A DNA stretch of 64,000 bases from a virus (Duplodnaviria > Caudoviricetes), in IMG/VR virus record IMGVR_UViG_3300032070_000007, positions 2,892 to 66,891 of that record; one strand, written 5' to 3'. The notes under the pieces are model-generated. The model made no database searches. It was not told the DNA's origin and worked only from the letters and a program-made list of their open reading frames with translations. Of this stretch, positions 9,032-18,572 are shown in pieces; positions within the stretch are counted from its first letter, which is position 1, and every line of letters starts with the position of its first letter. Both the position numbers and the translations under genes were made by a program.

Positions 9032-9641
9032 AATCTTTGAAAGTGTTCAGGGAGAAGGTACTTTTCTAGGATACCCTGCACTCTTTATACGCCTACAGGG
9101 ATGCAATTTGAGTTGTCGGTTCTGTGACACAAAGTACGCGTTAGGGGAAGGTGGAATGGATGTTAAACTTGATAGCTTGGTTGCGTTAATCAGAAACTCC
9201 CCTTCCTATCATGTAGTGTTTACAGGAGGAGAACCCTTACTTCAACAGAAGGAAATTAGTGAGGTAATAAGAGAGGTTAATAGAGGTAAGTTTTATGAAG
9301 TAGAAACTAACGGAACAATCAAGCCTAATATTGAGTTTTTAGTTCACCTTTTCACAGTATCACCGAAAGATGATTTCCAAATTTCACCTAGCTTTTTCGA
9401 GATGCCGGGAGTGGTTTTTAAGTTCGTGGTCGATAAAGAGGAGGATTTGGAGAAAATCGAGAACTTCGTAGACTTACATGATATTACAAGACCGATATAC
9501 TTGATGCCACAAGCTACTACATTGTTGGAGCATAAGAAGAAGTTGCCGATGCTTTTTGAGTTCGTGAAAGTGCATCAAGGGCATTATAGAATTACGCCCA
9601 GGTTGCAGATCTTAGCCTACGGTAAGAGGAAGGGAGTTTAA
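9018..9641 (+). CDS. queE: 7-carboxy-7-deazaguanine synthase QueE (radical SAM)
   Basis: EIFESVQGEG, CNLSCRFCDT (CxxxCxxC), TGGEP, ETNG, TVSPK, LMPQ, PRLQ. Confidence 0.95.
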   Translation: MLVNEIFESVQGEGTFLGYPALFIRLQGCNLSCRFCDTKYALGEGGMDVKLDSLVALIRNSPSYHVVFTGGEPLLQQKEISEVIREVNRGKFYEVETNGTIKPNIEFLVHLFTVSPKDDFQISPSFFEMPGVVFKFVVDKEEDLEKIENFVDLHDITRPIYLMPQATTLLEHKKKLPMLFEFVKVHQGHYRITPRLQILAYGKRKGV

Positions 9642-9868
9642 TGCTAACACCTAAAGTTTACGTCATAAGCTCCACCAACCTTGTTACGCCGGAAGGCAAA
9701 GTGATTCGTAAAGACATTATGCAGGAAGTTGTTGACACTAATGGTGACTACTACTGTGTGGTATATAAGCAGTTGTCAAAGTGGGCACAAGAGTTTATGG
9801 GTACGTTGCAGAGCGAGTTTGTAGAGTATTTAGTAGAACCGGAGGCAAAAGCTTGTACGAGATGTTGA
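9641..9868 (+). CDS. hypothetical protein
   Basis: Start overlaps the queE stop. Confidence 0.55.
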   Translation: MLTPKVYVISSTNLVTPEGKVIRKDIMQEVVDTNGDYYCVVYKQLSKWAQEFMGTLQSEFVEYLVEPEAKACTRC

Positions 9869-10007
9869 GCAATCTAGGTGCAAACCTTTGCGCAAGGGAA
9901 ATAAGCAAACAAGTATGGACTGTGTATAAAGAGCAATCCTTCAGTGAGACGGAAGGAGACCCAGAGTGCGGTCGTCTTGTACAAGTTGCCATATCCGGTA
10001 TTAGGAG

Positions 10008-10283
10008 GTGTTAAAGTTGGTTAAAAAAGAAGCCAGAAAGCAACTTTTTCTAGAGGCAAACGATACTTTAATAATAAGGAACACAACCGCAAATGTAATG
10101 CGGTTAGAAACGGATAAGGACTATGTAGAAATTCCTCCAACCGAAGCGATAGTAGTAGTGCGCGAAACTATGTGGGTGAGTTACAGTGAGCACTCTAGAC
10201 AGTTATACAAACTCCTTCGCATGACTTTCTGGCAAAGGTTAAGGTGGGCACTTTCAAGAAAGGCAGTTGAGGTGATGGAATGA
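10008..10283 (+). CDS. hypothetical protein
   Basis: ORF within the co-directional gene run. Confidence 0.5.
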   Translation: MLKLVKKEARKQLFLEANDTLIIRNTTANVMRLETDKDYVEIPPTEAIVVVRETMWVSYSEHSRQLYKLLRMTFWQRLRWALSRKAVEVME

Positions 10284-10714
10284 ATCTCCTAAAGAAACTA
10301 CGTACCCTCATTCGTCGTCCTGTAGTAACCGTTAGGGAGCTACAAGACACCGGAGCAGTGCAGGTACAGCAGAAAGAGCAGAGTAGTGGAACAAAACTGA
10401 CTAAATCAGTACCCGCGGCTGAGCGTGTAGCGCTCAATAGAGTCCACGAAATGCGCCCTGTAAATGTTAAGCCTGCACATAAAATCTCTCCTAATATTAG
10501 CAAGGGAACGGAAAGTGGAAGTCCCTACAGTTTGGCTATGATTCCAAGGCAACGCGGTAATCAGCGGACGAATGCTGTAGCTACTCTCACCCGGAGGCCC
10601 TTGTCTAATATCCGTGCTGTACGGAAAATGAAGCACGGTCATCAATCACCATATTATCGGAAGAGCGTGAGAGCTAATGTCAAACCGGATGAAGAAGAGA
10701 CGGAGACCATTTAG
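10280..10714 (+). CDS. basic hypothetical protein
   Basis: GAGGTGA RBS; ATGA overlap with the upstream stop. Confidence 0.6.
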   Translation: MNLLKKLRTLIRRPVVTVRELQDTGAVQVQQKEQSSGTKLTKSVPAAERVALNRVHEMRPVNVKPAHKISPNISKGTESGSPYSLAMIPRQRGNQRTNAVATLTRRPLSNIRAVRKMKHGHQSPYYRKSVRANVKPDEEETETI

Positions 10715-11015
10715 TCCGTTCGTTTGCGAAGACTGCAAAGACGAGCGTGGTAAGCATAACGAGTGTATAGGGTGTTACTGCGATGTGTGAAAAACCGATA
10801 GAGGATAAAACTCTCTGTGGCTGCGAAGATTGCTGGGAGTGTAACCATCATAGTCACTCGCCTCCTCCAATGGAGGATAATAAGTCACAACGCGGGAGGC
10901 AAGAAGGGAAGGTTATGAGCTCAAACCTTTCTCTGATTGCTCTGCTAAGCCCCCATGTAGTGCGGGATTCCCTCCGTGGCTGGCGGGTGACATCTAAAGT
11001 TGGGAAGGAAGAGTC

Positions 11016-11198
11016 ATGAGTGAAAGTTACATTAAACGAAAGAAATTACAGGATATTGAAAAAATAGCTGAAGAACATGCTGCATGGTTTGTTGAAGTTG
11101 TTATACCAATGTTTAAGCCTATTGTCAAAGAAACCGCTAAGACATTTTTCCTTCACGGTTATAAACATAGAATTGATGAGGAAAAGGTGAAGAAGTAA
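11016..11198 (+). CDS. hypothetical protein
   Basis: Stop overlaps the thyX start. Confidence 0.55.
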   Translation: MSESYIKRKKLQDIEKIAEEHAAWFVEVVIPMFKPIVKETAKTFFLHGYKHRIDEEKVKK

Positions 11199-11797
11199 TG
11201 GAAGTCATTCTACTACGCTTTAGTCTCGATCCAGAACTACTTTGCACGCAAGCAATGTTAGGATGCCAAAGTACAAAAGCGGCGTTTGAAATTGAACCTG
11301 ATGCGGAACGTATCAATAGGATGATGACAATGGCAGTTACTACAGATGATGCTTCAGTCTTGGAACATGCTTCGTTTACCTTTAGTGTCAAAGGAATCAG
11401 TCGAGCATGCAGCCATCAGCTAGTGAGACATAGGATAGCAAGTTATAGTCAGCAGTCACAAAGACATGTGAATCCAACGAAGGTTCCTAATTGGTACTGT
11501 ACTGCTGAAACTATTGAGAAGTCAGGTCACGGTCCGGAGTTTCAGCAACTCATGAACTTATGTGCCAAAGAATACCAATCTTTGATTGATTCTGGTGTTC
11601 CGGAAGAAGACGCACGCTTCGTTCTACCAAATGCTTGCAAAACAAACATCGTTATAACCATGAACTGCCGTGAACTACGTCATTTCTTCAAGCTACGGTG
11701 CGCTAAGAAGGCACAGTGGGAGATCCGCGAAATGGCGAATAGAATGCTCGATCTGTGTATACAAAAAGCACCAACAATCTTTGGAGGCCTAAGATGA
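11198..11797 (+). CDS. thyX: flavin-dependent thymidylate synthase ThyX
   Basis: SVLEHASFTF, SRACSHQLVRHRIASYSQQSQR, EDARFVLP, AQWEIR. Confidence 0.96.
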   Translation: MEVILLRFSLDPELLCTQAMLGCQSTKAAFEIEPDAERINRMMTMAVTTDDASVLEHASFTFSVKGISRACSHQLVRHRIASYSQQSQRHVNPTKVPNWYCTAETIEKSGHGPEFQQLMNLCAKEYQSLIDSGVPEEDARFVLPNACKTNIVITMNCRELRHFFKLRCAKKAQWEIREMANRMLDLCIQKAPTIFGGLR

Positions 11798-12477
11798 AGG
11801 ACGTTCAAGAAGAGCAAGCTGAGGATCTAGGAATAATGGCTGGTATCACTAGTTACAGCATAGTGATAAAGTCCTCTAAGTGGACACTCTTCATTGAGTT
11901 GGAAGTGAAGGTTCCGATACTCAATAAACGGGGAGCACATATGAGCAGGTTGATATTCCCAGAGACGGTGAAGTGTGAGAGTGTTGAGCAGTTTATTAAC
12001 GATGCAAAGAAGTTGATAAAGGAAAAAACTGGCGTTTACCCCTACATCAAAATGGTGTTTAAGTTTCCGTGGAAGGATCAGTTTCCAACTATTATCGTCG
12101 AGAACTATATTGCCATAGGAAACGAATACACGTATATTATGAAAGGAATAACTGCGTGTCCTTGTTCAAAGGAAAGCATTGGTATAGGACATATGCAGAA
12201 GTGTGAGTTGAAGATAAAGATAAATGCTAAACTTCCACACCCTAAGTTTGAGGACATATTTAGGTTAATGGAAGGTTGCTTTTCTGCTTCGTTGACGGAG
12301 AAGCTAAAGAGAGATGAGGAAGCTGCTAAGATTAAGGAAGCTCAGGATAATGCAAAGTTTGTCGAAGATGTCGTAAGAAATGCTGTTAAGAGTATTCCTA
12401 ACATTAGGTACGTGAGAGCAGAGTCAGATGAAAGTATTCACAGTCATAAGGCAGTAGCGGAGTGGTGGAAGAGTTGA
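11794..12477 (+). CDS. folE2: GTP cyclohydrolase type IB (FolE2/MptA family)
   Basis: MKDVQ, RGAHMSRL, TACPCS, HMQ, KFVEDVVR, ESIHSH. Confidence 0.88.
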   Translation: MKDVQEEQAEDLGIMAGITSYSIVIKSSKWTLFIELEVKVPILNKRGAHMSRLIFPETVKCESVEQFINDAKKLIKEKTGVYPYIKMVFKFPWKDQFPTIIVENYIAIGNEYTYIMKGITACPCSKESIGIGHMQKCELKIKINAKLPHPKFEDIFRLMEGCFSASLTEKLKRDEEAAKIKEAQDNAKFVEDVVRNAVKSIPNIRYVRAESDESIHSHKAVAEWWKS

Positions 12478-12632
12478 CAGAGAATTGTGGAACCGGTTGT
12501 AGGGATCCACAGCATATGGTTAAGTGCGTGAAGTGTGGAGCTGAGTATCACGTAGGTCTTCAGCATAACTGTCCTACTTATATAAAGAGTAGTTATGAAA
12601 AGCAACGAAGTTTCGAGAAGGAAGTGATATAA
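12465..12632 (+). CDS. Cys/His-rich microprotein (not in ORF track)
   Basis: GTG-started ORF ...NCGTGC..H..KCVKCG..H...HNC... filling the gap after folE2. Confidence 0.45.
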   Translation: MEELTENCGTGCRDPQHMVKCVKCGAEYHVGLQHNCPTYIKSSYEKQRSFEKEVI

Positions 12633-12633
12633 T

Positions 12634-12834
12634 ATGAAAAGTGAAGAACTTTGTAAAAAGCTCCGAGAGATAACCGATGCTGTAAGGAAGGTTCCAGGCA
12701 TTCAAATTACAAGTGTTGATACTGGTATAGATATAGACAGAGTCTATCTCGTTGGAGAAATGGTACCGAAAATCCTTACAATGGAACTGATCGTAAAGAT
12801 CGGACTGAAACTTGAAGCAGAGGAGGTGACTTAG
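12634..12834 (+). CDS. hypothetical protein
   Basis: GGAAGTGA RBS; abuts queC. Confidence 0.6.
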   Translation: MKSEELCKKLREITDAVRKVPGIQITSVDTGIDIDRVYLVGEMVPKILTMELIVKIGLKLEAEEVT

Positions 12835-13557
12835 ATGGAAGTTGTAGTCACAAAATCTCAACGTTCAACGGTTGTAACACCAACATTTAGTAAACCTTCA
12901 ACAAAAGTTGTAATGTTATTGAGTGGGGGAGTTGACTCTGCAACTCTAGCATACTACTTGATGAAACAGCATCAAGAGTTGCATGCATTGACAGTTGATT
13001 ATGGGCAAAAGCACTATAAGGAAATTCAGGCAGCACAAGATATTGCTGATGCAGTAGGAATCAGTCAGAGGATATTAGATTTGAGTACGTTACAACCTCT
13101 GCTTAAAAGTGCATTGACTACTAATGATCCAATACCAGAAGGTCATTATACAGCTGAGAACCAGAAGTTAACAGTCGTACCAAATAGGAATGCAATACTT
13201 TTGAACATCGCTGCTGGCTATGCAATAAGCATAGGTGCTAATACAGTTGCGTACGCAGCACATAAGAATGATAGGGCAATTTATCCTGACTGCAGGCCGG
13301 AATTTGTAAGTGCATTACAAGCAGCATTGGATGTCGGGACGGATGCAGATTTACTGGTATACGCTCCATTCATCAATATGACAAAGGCACAAATTGTGGA
13401 ACTAGGTATAACATTGAACGTTCCCTATGAATTAACCTGGTCGTGCTATAAGGGTGAAGAGAGGGCGTGTGGCAGGTGTGGAACGTGTGTGGAAAGGCTG
13501 GAGGCATTTAAGTTGAATGGCGTGAAGGATCTGATAGAGTATGAGGGAGTAATATGA
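12835..13557 (+). CDS. queC: 7-cyano-7-deazaguanine synthase QueC
   Basis: LLSGGVDS, DYGQKH, VPNRN, YPDCRPEF, TWSCY...CGRCGTC. Confidence 0.97.
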   Translation: MEVVVTKSQRSTVVTPTFSKPSTKVVMLLSGGVDSATLAYYLMKQHQELHALTVDYGQKHYKEIQAAQDIADAVGISQRILDLSTLQPLLKSALTTNDPIPEGHYTAENQKLTVVPNRNAILLNIAAGYAISIGANTVAYAAHKNDRAIYPDCRPEFVSALQAALDVGTDADLLVYAPFINMTKAQIVELGITLNVPYELTWSCYKGEERACGRCGTCVERLEAFKLNGVKDLIEYEGVI

Positions 13558-13615
13558 TGCCCACAATATTAATTCATTCGACTGGCCAGTTACTCTATTC
13601 CAGGAGGAAGAGGAA

Positions 13616-14374
13616 GTGAAGTTAGCGATAATTTCGCCAATCACGCATCTGAATGAACTTAGTAACCTAGGGGACATTCAGTTTGCTCTTGGTCATGTTA
13701 AGGATCTTAAGTACATTGAGTACTATCGTGAGCAAGCAAAGCAAACGTATACTATTATGGATAACGGAAGTTATGAACTTGGCAAGAGCGTCAGTTTTGA
13801 CGACATATTCGAAGCAGCGGAAGAGATAAAGCCTGACGAAATCGTCGCACCGGATGTGCAGTGGAATCCAGTCGAGTCTCTAAATCTAACCCGACACTTC
13901 ATGAAATATGCGCATGGGCGCGGGTTACGAGATAAGTACAAGATTATGGTTGTTGTCTGGGCGTTTGACCCAGGAGACTTTCCGATGTGGTACAAGGAGT
14001 ACCTCAAGTTGAACCCCGATGTAATTGGTATCGGAAAATGGCTGTCAACGAAATTCCTAGCAAGGCCTAGTGTTGTTCAATTGTTGAAATATGAGCATAT
14101 GTGGAAGAGTGATATTGAGCACCATTTTCTGGGATGTGGTTTTCCTGGCGAAGCACTCCAACTGCATGATGAGGGGCGCTCAATGGACACTAGCGGACCA
14201 ATCGCCGATGCTATGAATGGGTTGAGATATGTGGAAGGTGAGGAATACTTAAACCTTCACACGAGTTCGTTGAAGAGGAGTTTGGACTTTAATGCCCGGT
14301 TAACACCTGAGCAACTCGAAATAGCAAAAGCAAACTGTCGGATAATGTTGGACTACGCGCATGGAGGAAAATAA
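13616..14374 (+). CDS. dpdA: DpdA/TGT-like 7-deazaguanine transglycosylase (subfamily undetermined)
   Basis: IMDNGSYE, VAPDV, HFLG and SMDTS match TGT-fold motifs; directly after queC. Confidence 0.72.
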   Translation: MKLAIISPITHLNELSNLGDIQFALGHVKDLKYIEYYREQAKQTYTIMDNGSYELGKSVSFDDIFEAAEEIKPDEIVAPDVQWNPVESLNLTRHFMKYAHGRGLRDKYKIMVVVWAFDPGDFPMWYKEYLKLNPDVIGIGKWLSTKFLARPSVVQLLKYEHMWKSDIEHHFLGCGFPGEALQLHDEGRSMDTSGPIADAMNGLRYVEGEEYLNLHTSSLKRSLDFNARLTPEQLEIAKANCRIMLDYAHGGK

Positions 14375-14423
14375 ACGAACCAACTATAGCTTTATATATT
14401 AATGAAGGGCATATAAGACAGGA

Positions 14424-15023
14424 GTGACCCACTTGACCAAGTACGATTTAGTAACAGAGGCAGTATGGTTAGCTTGTGCTATAGATGGGGAAGGTTCAGT
14501 TACTATATACTCTACTGAAAATGGCCACTCACAACAAATAACAGTAGCTAATACTAAATCAGAATTCTTGGACCGTGCTTACAGTATACTCTCCAAATTA
14601 GGTGCACAACATATTATAAGATATGAAACATGCGTCGTAATTAACTATCGTGAAGATTTATTGGTAGTTTTACCACAAATACTTCCTCATCTGGTTATTG
14701 AAAGTAAAATACAGGCTGCAAAGGCTATCATGGCACATTGTAAAGATTCCTTGCAAAAAGAGAGTCAAAAAATAAACGAATATAAGGAACTTTTTGACGC
14801 AATAACGAAACATCCTAATATAACAATTCCTGAACTTAAACAAGAACTTATTTGGTTAACAAGGAATCGTCTTTATAAATTATCTAACCTTGAACAAAAA
14901 GGTTATGTAAGGGGAGTAGTAAATCTTGAGAGTCTGAGACACACTCAATGGATCATTACTGGTAAAGAGTTTGATGAAATTGACTTCCTAAACCGAAAAA
15001 GGGTGAGGAAAGTTGAAATATGA
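14424..15023 (+). CDS. free-standing LAGLIDADG homing endonuclease with C-terminal wHTH-like region
   Basis: WLACAIDGEGSV and ITVANTKSEFLD; TTTATATATT at about 14391. Confidence 0.75.
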   Translation: MTHLTKYDLVTEAVWLACAIDGEGSVTIYSTENGHSQQITVANTKSEFLDRAYSILSKLGAQHIIRYETCVVINYREDLLVVLPQILPHLVIESKIQAAKAIMAHCKDSLQKESQKINEYKELFDAITKHPNITIPELKQELIWLTRNRLYKLSNLEQKGYVRGVVNLESLRHTQWIITGKEFDEIDFLNRKRVRKVEI

Positions 15024-17487
15024 TTTAGTGACATTGGAAGCCGTGGACAGTAATGGGAAAACTAACATGGTATTGTGGGGCCGTGATGAGCAAGGAAACC
15101 GCAAACGTTTTGTCGATAGAACATGGAGTCCGTATTTTTACATTCCCAAAGGAGCTACACTTCTAACTGACTTACTTCACCGTACAGGTGAAATCGTTCC
15201 TGATTTATTCGGTGAATGGACAGAAAAAATTACAACCCCCTTATCCGGTAATGTTGGACAACTACGTAAACTCTTCACTAAGCACTGGCAAGCTGACATA
15301 CTTCCCGAAATTGCGTATCTGGTTGAAAAGGGCATTTACGCATCTTTTGAGGCAATTGAACAGGAAGGAAAGTTAAAGATTCAACCTTGTGGTCCCGTAT
15401 ACGCTCAGTTAAGGATTTGTTTCATGGACATGGAGGTTGACGCTACTGCAGAAAGGTTTCCAGAAGCAAAGGATGCATTAGAAGCAATCGTGTCAGTTGC
15501 AGCATTTGATACAAAGTTGGAGTTATGGGTACTGTTCTGTTGGCGACAAGATCAGGAACCTTGTGACGTTTTAGTATCCGATGATACTGTAGTCAGGATT
15601 TTTAACAACGAGAAAGACATGATAAAGGCAATTGTCAACTATTATGCATCGAGAGGATTCGACTGCTTCATAGGATGGAATACTAATACTTGGGACTGGC
15701 CGTATTTGATTAATCGGTGCAGGATTTTGAACGTCGAGTATAAAATCATATCGCCAGTATGGTCATTCTTTTACAGAGAGAAATTTGATCTAGAATCGAA
15801 ACAAATAAAGATTCAGGTAGTTTGCAAAGGTCGAGTAATGTTTGATGGACTTGAGACTTACAAAAAGATGACGTCGTTTGAAGCAAAGTTGGAGTCATAT
15901 TCATTAGAATATGTAGTTTGGCATGAGTTGAAGGAAATAAGAGTCAAGCAAGTGATTCATGACTTATGGCAAACAGATGATATTTTACAAGTTGCATACT
16001 ACCCTAAAAAAGATGCGGATTGGGTAGTTAGGATTTTCAAGAAACGACAAATCATCGAATACTATTCAATGATTCGTAGGTACACAGGATGTCGATTAGA
16101 GGATTCGCATGTTAACTCGAAGATATTGGATTCGTTAATTTTGCACCGTGCAAAGGTTGAAGGATTCGTTTTACCTTCAAAACGTCCTTATGATCCTAAC
16201 CGTAAACCAAAGAAAGAATCTTCATATAAAGGAGCAATGGTTAGAGAACCTAAAGTCGGTCTGCACTGGTGTGTAGGTGTTCTAGACTTTAGAAGTCATT
16301 ACCCGTACATCATTATAGCGTGTAACATGAGTCCAGAAACTCTAGACCCCAATGGTGATATTGAGGTTGGCAATGGAGTTAGATTTGCCAGTACACCTGA
16401 AGGTTTCGTACCACGAGTAATTCGTGGATTAGTCAATGAACGTGGCATTATTACGAAAAAGATGGAAGCGTTAGTGATTGATTCTCCGGAATGGAATCTC
16501 TTATACCAGCATCAGTTTGCATTGAAGTTCCTAATCACGTCGTTTTATGGAGTTTTCGCATACGCTGGATTTAGGTTGTATAGATTGGAAATTGCGTATT
16601 CGATTACATATCTCGGAAGAGATTTGATGCAACATGCAATTAATGTAGTTGAGAGTGATAAGTGGATTAAGAGATCAGTTATCTACGGTGACACCGATTC
16701 ATTATTCAACACAATGAAGGAAGTAAGTTGGGATGAGTTGGTCAGAGTTAGTGAGATGGTGAACATTGAACTCAAACAACTTTGCATTGAAAGAGGATAC
16801 TTAACATACGTTTCAATGAAAGCAGAAAGAGTTTACGATGGGATCATATTCACGTACCTTAGAGGGGCAGCTAAAGTAAAGTTGAGGAGAAGGAAGAAAA
16901 AGAAGAAGCAAGAGGGAGCAAAGAAGAAGTATTACGGGAGAATCAAGTGGCAAGATAGTAAGTTCTTATCAGTAGATAAGTGGGATAATAAGAACATGGC
17001 TGCTAAGAGGTCGGATTCATCTCGGTTTACACATGAGGTTCAGACTAAAGTGCTACAAGATCCTATTAATAAAGTCCCTGTTTCAACCGTAGAAGCATAC
17101 CTTAAAGAGATGAAGGTAGAATTTCGGAAGCGACCGCTAGTCGAGATAGGTATTCCGCGAGGAGTTAAAACCTTTTATGATAACTCACCTTGGAGTAGAG
17201 GTGCATTGTGGACTCGTGATCACTTTGACCCTCTAGTATTACAGCACTTGAAACCAAAGTTGTTGTATGTGAAACCGTCCGAGATCGGTAAACTGAAGAA
17301 GAGGGATGGTAAGTTTTGTACGCCAACCGATGCTGTATGCTTTGATGATCCCGCCACACTTCCCGAAGAAATACGAGGGTGTATTGATTGGGATAAGATG
17401 ATCGAGAAAACGATTACTGCTAAGACGGAGGAAATTATAGCTGTAATATCAGTAAAGAAACAAAAACTACTGGGGGCATTTATGTGA
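15013..17487 (+). CDS. polB: family B DNA polymerase
   Basis: Exonuclease DMEV and GWN...WDWPY; polymerase LDFRSHYP, K...SFYG, YGDTDS, KKKY. Confidence 0.96.
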   Translation: MKYDLVTLEAVDSNGKTNMVLWGRDEQGNRKRFVDRTWSPYFYIPKGATLLTDLLHRTGEIVPDLFGEWTEKITTPLSGNVGQLRKLFTKHWQADILPEIAYLVEKGIYASFEAIEQEGKLKIQPCGPVYAQLRICFMDMEVDATAERFPEAKDALEAIVSVAAFDTKLELWVLFCWRQDQEPCDVLVSDDTVVRIFNNEKDMIKAIVNYYASRGFDCFIGWNTNTWDWPYLINRCRILNVEYKIISPVWSFFYREKFDLESKQIKIQVVCKGRVMFDGLETYKKMTSFEAKLESYSLEYVVWHELKEIRVKQVIHDLWQTDDILQVAYYPKKDADWVVRIFKKRQIIEYYSMIRRYTGCRLEDSHVNSKILDSLILHRAKVEGFVLPSKRPYDPNRKPKKESSYKGAMVREPKVGLHWCVGVLDFRSHYPYIIIACNMSPETLDPNGDIEVGNGVRFASTPEGFVPRVIRGLVNERGIITKKMEALVIDSPEWNLLYQHQFALKFLITSFYGVFAYAGFRLYRLEIAYSITYLGRDLMQHAINVVESDKWIKRSVIYGDTDSLFNTMKEVSWDELVRVSEMVNIELKQLCIERGYLTYVSMKAERVYDGIIFTYLRGAAKVKLRRRKKKKKQEGAKKKYYGRIKWQDSKFLSVDKWDNKNMAAKRSDSSRFTHEVQTKVLQDPINKVPVSTVEAYLKEMKVEFRKRPLVEIGIPRGVKTFYDNSPWSRGALWTRDHFDPLVLQHLKPKLLYVKPSEIGKLKKRDGKFCTPTDAVCFDDPATLPEEIRGCIDWDKMIEKTITAKTEEIIAVISVKKQKLLGAFM

Positions 17488-18254
17488 GTGAAGGACCCAA
17501 CGAGTTTCGTATTCCGACTGAACCCAAAGACTGGATCACCAAGAGTCGAATTCAATCATACAAGACTTGCAAACGACAGTATTATTACTTTGCAATCAAG
17601 CAACTTACGTACACAGCTACAGGTCCCATGCTGGAAGGTAGAAAATTCCACTACTCCTCATCCAAATTTTATAGGGTTGTGGACATAAGGGAAAAGCCGA
17701 CTTTTGAATACTACCGTTCCCTACTACCACTGGACAAAGACGTTAATGGATTGTATGATAACTTTGCACACTTCGAAGTCGATAGGATGTTAGAGATTAT
17801 CAAGTCTCACCTAGATCCCGCAATATACTTCCTCCCTATACTTAACGAGGCAACTATACGACTGCCCGAACAAAAGATGAGCGGTCATATCGATAGATGC
17901 TGGCTGATGAGAGAAGGACAAGGCTTTAATGCAGTAGTAATGGAGATTAAGAAGGGCAAGATTACTTCAAAGACGTCGTTGAGACGTGAAACGAGTTTTT
18001 ACGTGTACCTAATAAGTCAAACGGAACTCAAAGACTATATAGGTATTGTTCCGGGATACCTTGGCGCGTATTCACCGTTAAACAATGAGTATTGGTTTGA
18101 AAAGTTAGCAACCAAAACGTGGAACACTCTATTTACTACCCTAGATGAAATGACATTCGACTTGTTAACGTTTGGAGAAGATGAGGAAAAATGGCCGAAG
18201 AATCAGTTCGTGGATTGCACCTACTGTCCGTACGAGAGGTTGTGTTGGCTTTAG
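17484..18254 (+). CDS. Cas4-like PD-(D/E)XK exonuclease
   Basis: YKTCKRQYY, G..FH, GHIDR, MEIK and C-terminal CTYCPYERLC. Confidence 0.85.
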   Translation: MSEGPNEFRIPTEPKDWITKSRIQSYKTCKRQYYYFAIKQLTYTATGPMLEGRKFHYSSSKFYRVVDIREKPTFEYYRSLLPLDKDVNGLYDNFAHFEVDRMLEIIKSHLDPAIYFLPILNEATIRLPEQKMSGHIDRCWLMREGQGFNAVVMEIKKGKITSKTSLRRETSFYVYLISQTELKDYIGIVPGYLGAYSPLNNEYWFEKLATKTWNTLFTTLDEMTFDLLTFGEDEEKWPKNQFVDCTYCPYERLCWL

Positions 18255-18264
18255 GGGTGGTGGA

Positions 18265-18561
18265 ATGAGCAAATCAGAGAGCTTTAAACGAGTATTAGGC
18301 ACGTTGAAGAATGCCAAATCAGCAACTATCAGAGTTGCGTGCACTTCAGAGCAGAGAACACTAGTGGAAAAATACCTAGTCAAGGTTACGGGGTTTCCGT
18401 TTGTAGATAAGAGAAAGTATGCTACTACATACTTTTTGCCTAGTGGTTCGAAGATAATATTATTGCACGAGAAACTCCTTGGTCCACTGTTTAAGAGTAA
18501 AGTGGAGTTCGATATAAGACAGTGGCCTGTAAAGAGGATAGAAGAGTTCTTCAAGCTTTAG
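18265..18561 (+). CDS. hypothetical protein
   Basis: GGGGTGG RBS before ATG 18265. Confidence 0.55.
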   Translation: MSKSESFKRVLGTLKNAKSATIRVACTSEQRTLVEKYLVKVTGFPFVDKRKYATTYFLPSGSKIILLHEKLLGPLFKSKVEFDIRQWPVKRIEEFFKL

Positions 18562-18572
18562 GTGAAACTAAG

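Noticed and set aside
14424-15023. Intein or intron-encoded endonuclease of polB
   Set aside because: Separate ORF in another frame with its own start and stop; no intein splicing motifs
17484-18254. CRISPR-Cas system or mini-array
   Set aside because: The Cas4-like gene stands alone, and the repeats near 58-60 kb are short and irregular with no repeat-spacer periodicity
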